Shown: one piece after another, positions 21,801 to 31,963 of the stretch
Position numbering within the stretch: position 1 is the first letter of the stretch
Layout: every line of letters begins with the position of its first letter
Assembly (NCBI GenBank): GCA_027622905.1
Contig: JAQBVV010000002.1
Span: 1 to 60,731, forward strand
Source: Acidobacteriota bacterium
GTDB lineage: Bacteria; Acidobacteriota; Vicinamibacteria; Vicinamibacterales; UBA2999
Reading direction: 5' to 3'
DNA length: 60,731 bases
Made by a program: the position numbers and the translations under genes
The notes under the pieces: model-generated
Told to the model about the DNA's origin: nothing
Databases searched by the model: none
The model's input: only the letters and a program-made list of their open reading frames with translations

Positions 21801-22450
21801 TATTCCTGTAATCTGGCGATCACCGTTACCGCCGCCGTTACCCGATCGCCGATGTTCACCGTAAGTTCGGCCGTCGTCGGCACGAACACGTCCATGCGTG
21901 ATCCGAACTTCATCACACCGAATCGCTGGCCGGCTGTCACGTCTTCCCCGGGTCGCGTGCGACAGACGATCCGTCGAGCGAGGACGCCGACGACCTGGCG
22001 GACGACGATCGGCTGTGCGTCATGGTCAACCCACACTTCCGTGTACTCGTTCAGGTGCCCTGCATCGGATCGGTACGCCGGCAGAAATCGGCCGGGATGA
22101 TAGTTCACCCGTGTGACTCGCCCGCTGACTGGCATGCGATTGACGTGCACATCGACGGGTGAGAGGAACATGCTGACCTGGAGCCATTGTCCCTCGGGAG
22201 CGCCCGGGCCGACGGCCGCGCCGGCAACGATGACGCGACCATCCGCGGGAGCGAGGATCACGTCGGCGCCCGGTGTCACCTGTCGGTCCGGGTCCCGAAA
22301 GAAGAACAGGAAGAACGCGGCACAGGCGACCAACGCCAAGCCGGCGGCCGCGCCAAGACTCACCACAGCGACGGCGGCGAGCGCCAACGCGCCTCCCACG
22401 AATGGCCAGCCGGCAGGATCGATTCTCATAGGTCGTGTTGCTGGCCGCAA
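21800..22450 (-). CDS. psd: Phosphatidylserine decarboxylase proenzyme (short form)
   Basis: About 215 aa with C-terminal self-cleavage-type motif (MKFGSRMD). Its stop overlaps the pssA start. Confidence 0.85.
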   Translation of the reverse strand: MRPATRPMRIDPAGWPFVGGALALAAVAVVSLGAAAGLALVACAAFFLFFFRDPDRQVTPGADVILAPADGRVIVAGAAVGPGAPEGQWLQVSMFLSPVDVHVNRMPVSGRVTRVNYHPGRFLPAYRSDAGHLNEYTEVWVDHDAQPIVVRQVVGVLARRIVCRTRPGEDVTAGQRFGVMKFGSRMDVFVPTTAELTVNIGDRVTAAVTVIARLQE

Positions 22451-22606
22451 TGGCTCTTCGCAGATCGGGCCTCAACGGCAGTGGGTGCTGTTCGGGTGTC
22501 TTCCGCGTGGCGTGCTGACCGGTCACGGCATCGTACCTCGATCTTGCCGCACCTCGAACCGCGCCGCCCACGGTGCCGCCCGCGCTGCCGCCCACGGTGG
22601 CCGAGG

Positions 22607-22852
22607 CTATTGCGTCGTAGGGCCGCGTGCTTTGCCGTGGTCACGCGCCATGCGTTCCATACGGTCCTTTAATACAAGTTTTCGCTTTTTAAAAGTGACC
22701 TCTTCCAGTTGTTCGGATGTGGAGAGGTAGGATTTCTCGGTCAGTGCGTGGAGCCGAAGGTCCAGTTGGTGGTGTTCCGAATCGAGTTCGCGGTAGCGGC
22801 CGTCTTGCTGCAGTAGCTGGCTCTTTGCCTCCTGCGTCTCCGATGCAGTCAT
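22607..22852 (-). CDS. DUF465 (YdcH-like) small coiled-coil protein
   Basis: Matches the short DUF465 pattern (...LDSEHHQLDLRLHAL...EEVTFKKRKLVLKDRM). Start chosen at MTASETQEAK. Confidence 0.6.
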   Translation of the reverse strand: MTASETQEAKSQLLQQDGRYRELDSEHHQLDLRLHALTEKSYLSTSEQLEEVTFKKRKLVLKDRMERMARDHGKARGPTTQ

Positions 22853-22982
22853 AGGCGTTTCCTCCCATCGTGAAGAAGGTGTCACGCGTCGTTCAAACCA
22901 TGGCGAACCTTAGCACATCGGCTCGCGCCGGTTCCAGCGGCCGCCAGTCGTGCCATGGGCGGCGCAATGCCGGGTTTCCCGC

Positions 22983-23471
22983 CTACGGACACGGACGCGC
23001 AGCGGCGGGGTCGCCGCGGCCGCTGTCTCGCCACAACATCACTGCGTCCTCCACCGGAGCGGTGTAGTAGTTACGGCGCGTGCCGGCGACATAGAACCCG
23101 AGGCGCTCATACAGTCGCCGAGCCGGAGCATTGGATGCACGTACCTCCAGGATGGTGCGCCGTGCCCCGAGGTCGGCAGCCTCGTCGATCGCGCAACGCA
23201 GGAGTGCGGAGCCGATGCCTCGTCCGCGGCACTCCGGCCGGAGTGCGACGTTGTTGATGTGCATTTCGTCAGTCACGATCCAGAACGAGCAGAATCCGGC
23301 GACGGTCCATTCCGTGGTTCGTGCCACGAGGATGTGACAGACGCTGCGGTTCTCAAGCTCCCGCGTGTACATCTCGCGAGTCCAGGGATTGTTGAACGAG
23401 AGCGCCTCGACCTCCAGCACGCCGTCGAGGTCGCGCTCGCCGGTCAACGGCTCGATGCGGCAGTCTGGCAT
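22983..23471 (-). CDS. rimI: Ribosomal-protein-alanine N-acetyltransferase (GNAT)
   Basis: GNAT acetyl-CoA motif (RPECRGRGIGSALL). Sits directly downstream of tsaB, the classic tsaB-rimI pairing. Confidence 0.8.
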   Translation of the reverse strand: MPDCRIEPLTGERDLDGVLEVEALSFNNPWTREMYTRELENRSVCHILVARTTEWTVAGFCSFWIVTDEMHINNVALRPECRGRGIGSALLRCAIDEAADLGARRTILEVRASNAPARRLYERLGFYVAGTRRNYYTAPVEDAVMLWRDSGRGDPAAARPCP

Positions 23472-23477
23472 TCGCGA

Positions 23478-24167
23478 CTAGCGGGTGCTCCCGGCGGGCG
23501 CGAGACCCGCACCGGCCCGGTGCACGTAGAGCGGACGGATGGCGTGCGCGAGCGGGCGCTCCCCGGCCCGGAGCGCCTTGCTGGCAAGCGTCGCCACGGC
23601 GCCCGCCAGCGGAGGCGCGATCGGATCCGCAAAGGATGCGTTCTTCCCGCACACAGCACGGATCAGATCCGCATTGCGGGCCGCACCGTCGCCGATGAAA
23701 AGAGTCGTACGTTCTTGCAGGTGGCGCAGGAGTGCTTCCGGGTGAGTGACGACTGGACCTTCAGACGCGCGCCCGTCCACGTACTCGGCGGCAAACACGT
23801 CTCCTCGCCACGCGTCGATCCAGGTCACGATGCACGCGTCAGCGGGCGTACGCGGCGAGGCGAGCAGGGCAAGTCCATCGAGTCCCGAGACGCCCACAAG
23901 CGGCTTGTTCGTCGCCACGGCCAGACCCTGCATCGTCGCGATGCCGACCCGTAGTCCGGTAAACGACCCAGGGCCAATTGCGACGCCGTAACCATCGACA
24001 TCCCGCAGCGTCAGCGACTCGCGGTCGAGCAGCGTGGCGAGCATGCCAGGCAACTGCTCTCCCTGCGTGCGCGACGGGTCACCGCTGTGCACGCACACCA
24101 CCAGCCCATCCTGCGCCAACGCGCAGCTGCCGGTACGCTGGGTCGTGTCGAGCGAGAGGACGAGCAT
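23478..24167 (-). CDS. tsaB: tRNA t6A37 biosynthesis protein TsaB (YeaZ)
   Basis: N-terminus MLVLSLDTTQRTGSCAL and GPGSFTGLRVG motif. The tracked ORF's 37-aa N-extension was discarded. Confidence 0.8.
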   Translation of the reverse strand: MLVLSLDTTQRTGSCALAQDGLVVCVHSGDPSRTQGEQLPGMLATLLDRESLTLRDVDGYGVAIGPGSFTGLRVGIATMQGLAVATNKPLVGVSGLDGLALLASPRTPADACIVTWIDAWRGDVFAAEYVDGRASEGPVVTHPEALLRHLQERTTLFIGDGAARNADLIRAVCGKNASFADPIAPPLAGAVATLASKALRAGERPLAHAIRPLYVHRAGAGLAPAGSTR

Positions 24168-24252
24168 GCGGGAGATAATACAGTTGGTGGCAGGCCGTGT
24201 GTTGAGCCCGCGAGCCGGTGTCGCGGACGACAGGCCCTGCCACCATCGCGAG

Positions 24253-26961
24253 ATGCACAGTCCAGCCACCTCCGTCACGCCCGCGATGCGTCAGTACCTC
24301 GACGCCAAACGTCAGCATCCTGACGCGATCGTCTTCTTCCGCATGGGTGATTTCTACGAGATGTTCTACGAGGACGCGCTGGTGGCAGCGCGCGCGCTCG
24401 ATCTCACGCTGACGTCGCGGTCCAAGGACGCAGGCGGCAAAGGCATTCCGATGTGCGGGCTACCGTTTCACGCGCTTGACGGTTACCTCGCAAAACTGGT
24501 CGCCAAGGGATTCCGGGTCGCGCTCTGCGAACAGGTCGAGGACCCCAAGAAGGCCAAGGGGCTTGTCAAGCGCGCGGTCGTGCGTGTGGTGTCACCAGGC
24601 ACCCTGACCGACGCCAGCTACCTGGAGGCTCGGGAGCCCGCGTACCTCATGGCGCTTGCCGAGGCGGCGGATGTCGTGGGGGCCGCATTGCTCGATCTCT
24701 CCACTGGGGAATTCACGGTTGCCGAGTACCCCGGCTCTGCCGGCCTTCAGGCGCTGGCAGACGAGATCGCGGTGTTGCGACCCCGTGAGATGGTGCTGCC
24801 GCGCGACTCAGCTATTTGCGCGAGACTGCCTGAGATCGAACGGCTTCAGATCCTGGTGTCGAGCGCAGAGCCGTGGGCCTTCGAGCCGCGAACGGCTCAC
24901 CAGGCGCTGCTGGACCAGTTCAAGGTGCAGAGCCTGGATGGGTTCGGCATCGGCGATCGTCCGGCAGCGATATTGGCCGGAGGGGGGTTGATCGGCCACT
25001 TGCGCGTCACGCAGCATGCCGATATCGATCACGTCCGCGCAATCTCCCTGAAGACCGACGCAGACTGTCTGATTGTCGATCCGGTCACGCTGAAGCATCT
25101 GGAAGTACTGAGCGGGAGCGAGGGGACGCTCAAGGGTTCGTTGCTGCACGCGATCGATCGGACCATGACCGCGATGGGTGGTCGGATGCTCCGCGCCTGG
25201 CTGCTTCGCCCGCTACGGGCGATCGAGCGGATACGCGATCGGCTTGATGCCGTCGAGGAACTGGCATTTCGTTCGACGGATCGGGCGAAGTTGCGGGACG
25301 CGTTGAAATCGGTGCACGACCTCGAGCGACTCGTCGCGCGGGCTGCTCTCGGTACCGCCGGGCCCCGCGACCTCGCGTCCCTTGGACAGTCGCTCCGCGA
25401 GGTGCCGCGGATGCATACGTTGCTGACCGAGGTGCAGGCGCCTCTGCTGAGCAGTCTGACCGCCGAACTGGATGACCTTGCCGACGTACGCGACCGCATC
25501 GAGCGATCGCTGATCGACGAGCCGCCAGTGTTTTCACGGGACGGTGGCTTTACCCGCGAGGGTGTCGACACCGAACTTGACGAGCTGAAGCAGATCAGTC
25601 GCTCGGGCCGGCAGGTGATCGTCGACATGGAAGAACGCGAGCGTGCACGTACGGGCATCAACTCGCTCAAGGTGCGCTTTAATCGTGTGTTCGGGTACTA
25701 CATCGAGATCTCGAAATCGAACCTGCACGCCACCCCTCCGGACTATCAACGCAAGCAGACGGTTGCCAGCGGCGAACGGTTTACGACGCCGGCGCTGAAG
25801 GAATACGAGGCGACAATCCTTGGAGCCGACGAGCGCATCCTCGAGCACGAGTTGCAGATATTCGAGGCCCTGCGCGCATACGTTGCGGGTGAGGCCGTAC
25901 GTGTGCAGGCGACGGCGCGCGTGTTGTCGACGCTCGACGTCCTCGCGGCGCTGGCCGAGACGGCTGCCGTCTCGAACTTTACCAAGCCCCACATGCACGA
26001 GAGTGACGAGTTCCTTGCGACTGACGCGCGGCATCCTGTCGTCGAGCAGCACGCCACGGACGCGTTCGTGCCCAACGATATAGACCTCAACGGATCGACG
26101 AGGCAACTGGTCGTGCTGACTGGTCCGAACATGGGCGGCAAGTCCACGTATCTCCGCCAGACCGCCCTGCTGCCGCTGCTCGCACAGATAGGGTCCTTTG
26201 TGCCGGCAAAGGACGCCAAGCTGCCGATCGTTGACCGCATCTTTGCGCGGGTGGGGGCGTCGGACAATATTGCGCGCGGTCAGTCGACGTTCATGGTCGA
26301 GATGCAGGAGACCGCCCATATCCTGCACACCGCGTCATCGCGGAGCCTCGTGGTCCTCGACGAAATCGGCCGCGGCACGGCGACGTTCGACGGCCTGAGC
26401 ATCGCGTGGGCGGTTGCTGAGTATCTGGCGACGCATGCCGATGTCCGCCCCAAGACGCTCTTCGCCACCCACTACCACGAGTTGACGGACCTGGCTGACG
26501 TGCTGCCTGGCGTGGTGAACGCGCACGTGGCCGCTCGTGAATGGAAGGACGACATCGTCTTTCTCAGAAAGATCATGCCGGGTCGATCGGACCGGAGCTA
26601 CGGCATCCAGGTTGCGCGGCTGGCGGGCTTGCCGGTGGCCGTCACGACACGCGCGAAAGAGATTCTGGGAGGGTTGGAGCGTGATGAGCTGTCTCGGGGT
26701 GGTCGCCCTACCCTGTCAGGGGCCGCCAGCGACCCCACGAGTAACCAACTGGGACTGTTTGCGAAGCCTGCCGATACTGCCCGCGAAGAGCTGGAGAAGT
26801 CGCCCGCGCCCCAGCCCGGCGATGGCGGTCCAGGTACCGCCCAACCGCGTCGCGATGAGCAGCTGGTCCGCAGGATCATGGCGATGGACTTGGACGACAC
26901 CACACCGCGACAGGCGCTTGAGCTACTCGGCGAGTTGAAGGACCTCGCGGAGGACTCGTGA
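24253..26961 (+). CDS. mutS: DNA mismatch repair protein MutS
   Basis: Mismatch-binding N-terminus TPAMRQYLDAKRQHPDAIVFFRMGDFYEMF, Walker A GPNMGGKST, STFMVEM, DEIGRGT. Start set at the ATG at 24253. Confidence 0.95.
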   Translation: MHSPATSVTPAMRQYLDAKRQHPDAIVFFRMGDFYEMFYEDALVAARALDLTLTSRSKDAGGKGIPMCGLPFHALDGYLAKLVAKGFRVALCEQVEDPKKAKGLVKRAVVRVVSPGTLTDASYLEAREPAYLMALAEAADVVGAALLDLSTGEFTVAEYPGSAGLQALADEIAVLRPREMVLPRDSAICARLPEIERLQILVSSAEPWAFEPRTAHQALLDQFKVQSLDGFGIGDRPAAILAGGGLIGHLRVTQHADIDHVRAISLKTDADCLIVDPVTLKHLEVLSGSEGTLKGSLLHAIDRTMTAMGGRMLRAWLLRPLRAIERIRDRLDAVEELAFRSTDRAKLRDALKSVHDLERLVARAALGTAGPRDLASLGQSLREVPRMHTLLTEVQAPLLSSLTAELDDLADVRDRIERSLIDEPPVFSRDGGFTREGVDTELDELKQISRSGRQVIVDMEERERARTGINSLKVRFNRVFGYYIEISKSNLHATPPDYQRKQTVASGERFTTPALKEYEATILGADERILEHELQIFEALRAYVAGEAVRVQATARVLSTLDVLAALAETAAVSNFTKPHMHESDEFLATDARHPVVEQHATDAFVPNDIDLNGSTRQLVVLTGPNMGGKSTYLRQTALLPLLAQIGSFVPAKDAKLPIVDRIFARVGASDNIARGQSTFMVEMQETAHILHTASSRSLVVLDEIGRGTATFDGLSIAWAVAEYLATHADVRPKTLFATHYHELTDLADVLPGVVNAHVAAREWKDDIVFLRKIMPGRSDRSYGIQVARLAGLPVAVTTRAKEILGGLERDELSRGGRPTLSGAASDPTSNQLGLFAKPADTAREELEKSPAPQPGDGGPGTAQPRRDEQLVRRIMAMDLDDTTPRQALELLGELKDLAEDS

Positions 26962-28511
26962 TGCCGCGACGTCCGGCACGCGCTCGAGTCTGGCTTGCGA
27001 TTGTCGTCGCCGCGACCACCGCGTCGTGTGTGGGGGCGGGCACACGCACCGACGCTGACATCGTGAGGGTGGCGATTCGGGCCTCGCCAGCGAGTTTTGA
27101 TCCCCGGATCGGCACCGACGAGCAGTCGCAGCGCGTGCATCAGCTGATCTATAGCCAGTTGATGACCGTCGACTCGGAGCTCCGCGTGGTGCCGGGACTC
27201 GCGGCTCGGCTTGATCATCCGGATCCGCTGACCTACATCGCGTATCTCCGAAGCGGTGTGCGTTTTCACGATGGACACGCCCTGACGGCGAGGGATGTGG
27301 TGTACACGTTCGAGAGCTTTCTCGACCCGGACTTCGTGTCGGCTCGCCGTGGGGCCTACCAGATGCTGGCGTCGGTCACGGCGCTCGACGACCATCGAGT
27401 GGAGTTCACACTGAAGGAGCCATTCGGGTCGTTTCCCGTTCAACTGGTGATGCCCGTCGTGCCGGACGGCGCGGGCGAGTCGTTACAGGCGTTTCCGATT
27501 GGCACGGGCCCGTATCGCTTCGTGCGGTACCTCGATGACGAACAGGTCGAGCTCTCAGCGTTTGAAGGCTACTGGGACGGACTTCCACAGAACGCCGGGG
27601 TCACGCTCCGCATTATCCCGGACGACACGATGCGCGGACTGGAATTGCGAAAGGGGTCGGCGGACATCGCCATCAACGACGTCACGCCGGACATCGCTCT
27701 TCAGTTGCAGCGAGATGGGATGACCGTGGTCGAAGGCGCAGGCGTGGACTACGCGTACATCGGTCTGAACATGAAGGATGCGGTGCTGCGCGATAAGCGC
27801 GTCCGGCATGCGATCGGCTACGCCATCGATCGCCAGTCGATCATCGAACATCTTCGACGCGGACTTGCCACGCCGAGCGACGGAGTGTTGTCGCCACTGG
27901 CGTGGGCGTCTGAATCGGATGTCCATCACTTCGACTACGACGTGTCCCGGGCGAAGCAGCTCCTGGATGACGCAGGGTACCCCGACCCTGACGGCGACGG
28001 TCCTCTACCACGGCTGCGTCTGTCGCTCAAGACCTCCGCCGACGAGTTCTACCGCCTGCAGGCCGCGGTGATTCAGGAGAACCTGCGTCTCGTGGGGATC
28101 GCGCTCGACGTGCGGTCGTACGAGTTTGCGACGTTCTATGCCGACGTGCTGGAAGGGAACGTGCAGATGTACACGCTACAGTGGGTCGGCGTGACGGACC
28201 CCGATATGCTCAGGCGGCTGTTCCATTCCGCTCAGGTGCCTCCTGTCGGATTCAATCGCATTCACTACAGCAATCCGGAAGTGGATCATCTGATCGACAT
28301 GGCGACGGCCGCCACGACGGACGCGGACAGGCAGCGATACTACAGCGCCGTGCAGAGAGCGGTGGCCGAAGACGCGCCGTATATCAGCCTGTGGCACCGC
28401 ACCAACGTTGCCGTGATGGGCCCACATGTGACGGGTCTGCGCCTGTCACCGCAGGCAGACTTTCTGGCGCTGAAAGATGTGCGCAAGGCGCGAGCAGGAT
28501 CCGGCGGCTAA
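26958..28511 (+). CDS. ABC transporter substrate-binding protein, family 5 (peptide/nickel type)
   Basis: Lipoprotein-like N-terminus (VVAATTASC) and overall DppA/OppA-like pattern (DPR.., YRFV.., GYPDPDGDG). Its stop TAA lies in the left flank of E1 copy A. Confidence 0.85.
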   Translation: MMPRRPARARVWLAIVVAATTASCVGAGTRTDADIVRVAIRASPASFDPRIGTDEQSQRVHQLIYSQLMTVDSELRVVPGLAARLDHPDPLTYIAYLRSGVRFHDGHALTARDVVYTFESFLDPDFVSARRGAYQMLASVTALDDHRVEFTLKEPFGSFPVQLVMPVVPDGAGESLQAFPIGTGPYRFVRYLDDEQVELSAFEGYWDGLPQNAGVTLRIIPDDTMRGLELRKGSADIAINDVTPDIALQLQRDGMTVVEGAGVDYAYIGLNMKDAVLRDKRVRHAIGYAIDRQSIIEHLRRGLATPSDGVLSPLAWASESDVHHFDYDVSRAKQLLDDAGYPDPDGDGPLPRLRLSLKTSADEFYRLQAAVIQENLRLVGIALDVRSYEFATFYADVLEGNVQMYTLQWVGVTDPDMLRRLFHSAQVPPVGFNRIHYSNPEVDHLIDMATAATTDADRQRYYSAVQRAVAEDAPYISLWHRTNVAVMGPHVTGLRLSPQADFLALKDVRKARAGSGG

Positions 28512-28670
28512 GGACCCGGGCAGGAATAACTTGCTCGTCGTGGCCACCGATGCATCCCACCGGGCTGCGTTGCTCTTCGCTTGCATACGCCGAGTATGCG
28601 CGCTCTTCGCGCCTTGCCGGGTGGGCGCCTCGACGCCCACGATGATCAACTTATTCCTGCCCGGGTCCTA
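28510..28670 (+). mobile_element. E1 palindromic MITE, copy A (coordinates include flanking dinucleotides)
   Basis: 157-bp element from GGACCCGGGCAGGAATAA to TTATTCCTGCCCGGGTCC. The TIR is 18 bp perfect and about 32 bp with 3 mismatches. No ORF. Identical to copy B over the 157 bp. Flanks are AA (left) and TA (right). Confidence 0.85.
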
Positions 28671-28759
28671 AGTGATCCGCTCGGCCCCGTGGACGTCCTA
28701 CGCGCCGGATGCTCCAACCATGGGGGATGTGCGATCCTGCCGACATGATCGGAGACCCC

Positions 28760-28993
28760 ATGGCCATCGTGCTTCTCGCAGGCGTGGCGCTCGGGGTGTG
28801 GCTGTGGTGGCGTCGCCAGGGCGGCGCACCCCGGCACGCCCGGCAAGCCGAAACCCGGCTTCGCCGCATCTGCCTTGGCGATGACGGCCAGGTGGAGCGG
28901 CTCATCGGTGGCGAGATGGCTCGGGCTCCGGGGATCTCTCGCGCCGAGGCCGCCAGTCGCGCAGTGGAGCGGTACCGGCGCGATAATCGCTGA
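28760..28993 (+). CDS. Small single-pass membrane protein, unknown function
   Basis: N-terminal TM (MAIVLLAGVALGVWLWW) then a charged helical tail. No motif recognised; coding status uncertain. Confidence 0.35.
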   Translation: MAIVLLAGVALGVWLWWRRQGGAPRHARQAETRLRRICLGDDGQVERLIGGEMARAPGISRAEAASRAVERYRRDNR

Positions 28994-29160
28994 GCGTCGA
29001 GGGCGCCCCGCAGGCATCGGAGCAGGTATCATCGTCGCTCCGCGACGGGACGATCGCGATTCAGCGCAGACTCAGCTGGCAGCCGCCACGCCGGGAGGGC
29101 AACGGCGATCGTCCGGGCGCCTGACGCCAGTCAACTTTTCAGGGAGCGACACCGAACACC

Positions 29161-29955
29161 ATGGATTTACAACTCAAGGGCAAGACCGCACTGGTTACCG
29201 GCTCGACGGCCGGCATCGGGCTGGCGATCGCCAGCGCACTCGCCGGGGAAGGCGCGCGCGTCATCGTGAACGGCCGCACGTCGAAACGCGTGGATCAGGC
29301 GATGGCGGCCATCGGCGCTCGGCACCCCGGGGCCAGTCTCGAGGCGTTGGCGCTGGATCTGTCCACCGCGTTGGGCGCGGCTGACGCGGTCGCGCGCTTT
29401 TCGGACGTGGACGTGCTGGTGAACAACCTCGGCATCTTCGAGCCGAAGCCGTTCGAGGACATTCCTGATGCGGACTGGCTGCGCTTCTTCGAGACCAACG
29501 TGATGAGCGGCGTGCGGTTGAGCCGCGCGTACCTGCCGAGGATGCGCGCGAAGGACTGGGGCCGCATCGTCTTCATTTCCAGCGAGTCGGGTCTGCACAT
29601 CCCGGCTGAGATGGTGCACTACGGCGTCACCAAGACCGCGCAGATCGCCGTGGCGCGAGGGATCGCCGAGACGTGCGCGGGAACCGGCGTCACGTGCAAT
29701 GCCGTACTGCCTGGGCCAACAGCCTCGGAAGGCGTCAAGGACTTCGTCGGTTCGATGGCGAAGCAGAGCGGCAGGAGCGAGACCGACGTGGAAGCCGACT
29801 TCTTCCTGAACGTCCGGCCGACGTCCCTGCTCAAGCGCTTCGCCACCACGGACGAAGTCGCGGCGATGGTGGCCTTCGTGTGCAGTCCGCTGGCGTCGGC
29901 GACCAACGGCGCCGCCGTACGGGTGGACGGTGGCGTGGTGAAGTCGCCGTTCTAG
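29161..29955 (+). CDS. SDR-family oxidoreductase
   Basis: Cofactor motif TGSTAGIG, NNLG, catalytic Y-x3-K (YGVTK). Confidence 0.85.
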   Translation: MDLQLKGKTALVTGSTAGIGLAIASALAGEGARVIVNGRTSKRVDQAMAAIGARHPGASLEALALDLSTALGAADAVARFSDVDVLVNNLGIFEPKPFEDIPDADWLRFFETNVMSGVRLSRAYLPRMRAKDWGRIVFISSESGLHIPAEMVHYGVTKTAQIAVARGIAETCAGTGVTCNAVLPGPTASEGVKDFVGSMAKQSGRSETDVEADFFLNVRPTSLLKRFATTDEVAAMVAFVCSPLASATNGAAVRVDGGVVKSPF

Positions 29956-30167
29956 CTGACACCTGGAGGGTTCTTGACACCAGGCTCGGGACTGGGCTAC
30001 GTTGCGCGATATACGTGTGGCAGAGTCCAGGCCGAGGTCCCTGGGGCAAAGAAGCGGGCGCTGCGCGACGACATCAATCTTCCCCTGCGGATCGGCGATT
30101 AGGGCGACTCGAAGGCGGGCGCCGTGAGCACGCTGAGGCACAACCACGAGATCGAGGAGCTCTGACT

Positions 30168-31025
30168 ATGAAGCGATTTTTCATCGGCAGCATGTGTGCG
30201 GTCGTCGGGGCCGCGTGGCTCGCAGCGCCGCCAGTCGCCGCTCAGGGCCAGGGTGCGCAGGCCGCCGCGGTGGAGACACCGCGGGACGCAGCAGGGCATC
30301 CGGTGCTCGGCGGGATCTGGGCCAACACGCTGGACCGCACGAACACGGTACCCGAGAGCTACGCGAGCAGGCTTCGAGGCCGGCTGAGTGGCGAATACAC
30401 GACGCAACGCGACAGGACGGTGAACTTCGAGCGCGATTCCGGGATCGGGCAGCGCGTGCTGCCGTACGACGAGAAGCCGTTCTACAAGCCGCAGTACTGG
30501 GAGCGGGTGAAGTTCAACGACGTGCACGGGCACAACATCTTGGCGCCCGATCCGACGTTCCAGTGCATGCCAGCGGGCGTGCCCCGGATCGGCTTGCCGT
30601 CCGAGATCGTGCAGACCGATTCGACCCTCTACTTTTTGTACGACCGGCATCAGCGGCGGATCTACATCGACGGTCGCCCTCATCCTCCAGTGGAGGCGTG
30701 GCTTGGCACGTGGTTTGGCCACTCCATCGGTCACTGGGAAGGCGACACCCTGGTTGTATCCACGGTCGACTTCAATGGCGCGGAGTGGATGGGCTGGCCA
30801 GGGTATTTCACGAGTCCGGACAAGACCGTCATCGAGCGCATTACCCGGGTGGGCGACAGGCTGACGCTTGAAGCGACGGTCACCGACGAGAGTCTGCTGC
30901 TGCAGCCGTGGACGACGGTCGTGGACACGGCACAGTTCAACAACACCCCCAGGGGCGAACTTGAAGAGCCGCTTCCGTGTCTGGAGCGGGATATCGAAAG
31001 CATGGCCACGCGGGAACGTGGCTAG
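30168..31025 (+). CDS. Secreted hypothetical protein 'X'
   Basis: Signal peptide (MKRFFIGSMCAVVGAAWLAAPPVAAQ), conserved-looking core (GHWEGDTLVVSTVDF). A truncated paralogous copy lies at 31964-32224. Confidence 0.6.
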   Translation: MKRFFIGSMCAVVGAAWLAAPPVAAQGQGAQAAAVETPRDAAGHPVLGGIWANTLDRTNTVPESYASRLRGRLSGEYTTQRDRTVNFERDSGIGQRVLPYDEKPFYKPQYWERVKFNDVHGHNILAPDPTFQCMPAGVPRIGLPSEIVQTDSTLYFLYDRHQRRIYIDGRPHPPVEAWLGTWFGHSIGHWEGDTLVVSTVDFNGAEWMGWPGYFTSPDKTVIERITRVGDRLTLEATVTDESLLLQPWTTVVDTAQFNNTPRGELEEPLPCLERDIESMATRERG

Positions 31026-31074
31026 TGTGAGCGTGCGAAAACGAGCGTTCGAAGCAGGGAGTCACAGAGTGCAG

Positions 31075-31962
31075 ATGTACGCACGCACGAGTAGCCGCGC
31101 GGGGATGTGGACCGGTCTGGCGGTGGCGGCGGCGATGGCCTTGGTGGCGGTCGCCGTGCCGGCCGTCCATGCGCAGACCCCCAGTATCGAAGACGTCCAC
31201 TACGACATGGCCGACGCGCTGGGGATGCTTCGACACCACGGCAATTCGCCGCCGGAAGAAGATCTGATGATGTCGGTCGAGATCTACGCCAGCGGGAGCA
31301 TGGCCGAGATCACTCCCACGACCGTGGGCCCGCTCGAGGCGCTCGAGAGCTTCTACGCCGAGATTGGGTACGACTTTCCGGGCATGCGCGTGGACATGAC
31401 GCGAACGTCTGGAGCACGCGAGATCCACGTGGTGAGCGGGTTGTTCGCGTGGAATGAGATCGGCGAGCGCGGTGGCGGACTCGTCGAGGGCTATGGCAGC
31501 GCTGAGCCCGCGATGGAGGCCGTGGCCGGTCGGCTTCTTCAGCTCTGGATGACGCCGCACGGCGCCGTCAAGATGGCGCGGGCCGCAGGTGATCGCGCGT
31601 CGGTGTCGATGGAAGGGGGCGCGCTTGTTGTGACGTTTCCGCTGGTCAATGCGCCGATGACGCGCTCGACCAACCTGACGGCCGGCCCTCTCGAGGGCAC
31701 CGAGATGAAGGTGACGCTCGATGACCGCCGCCGACCGGCGAAGGTGGAGGTGACGTTCGGAGGTCGGCAGTACGTCTCGACCTATGCTGGCTACGCCGAC
31801 TTGAACGATAGCGACTATCAGGCGGACATCCTGCTGCCAGCCAACGTCATGCAGACGATAGACGGCCAGACCGCCTACGAGCTGACGATCGAGCGCACGA
31901 ACACCTACAACCCGTACGTGATCATGCCGGTCCCGGACTCGGTGCGGGCAGCCGCGCAGTAG
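31075..31962 (+). CDS. Secreted hypothetical protein 'Y'
   Basis: Signal peptide (GLAVAAAMALVAVAVPAVHAQ). No recognisable motif. Confidence 0.55.
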   Translation: MYARTSSRAGMWTGLAVAAAMALVAVAVPAVHAQTPSIEDVHYDMADALGMLRHHGNSPPEEDLMMSVEIYASGSMAEITPTTVGPLEALESFYAEIGYDFPGMRVDMTRTSGAREIHVVSGLFAWNEIGERGGGLVEGYGSAEPAMEAVAGRLLQLWMTPHGAVKMARAAGDRASVSMEGGALVVTFPLVNAPMTRSTNLTAGPLEGTEMKVTLDDRRRPAKVEVTFGGRQYVSTYAGYADLNDSDYQADILLPANVMQTIDGQTAYELTIERTNTYNPYVIMPVPDSVRAAAQ

Positions 31963-31963
31963 C

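Noticed and set aside
28477-28671. ORFs translating the MITE (...SSWPPMHPTGLRCSSLAYAEYARSSRLAGWAPRRPR appears in both 28181-28645 and 32067-32357), which looks like a repeated protein.
   Set aside because: The shared peptide is simply the translation of the identical E1 copies. The ORFs enter from different upstream sequences, have no start context, and the element is palindromic non-coding DNA.
30706-30722. TGGCAC-containing sequences as sigma-54 promoters (TGGCACGTGGTTTGGC at 30706; also TGGCAC at about 43498, 35523 and 34325).
   Set aside because: None has the -12 TTGC(A/T) element at the correct 4-5 nt spacing. Most lie inside coding regions.
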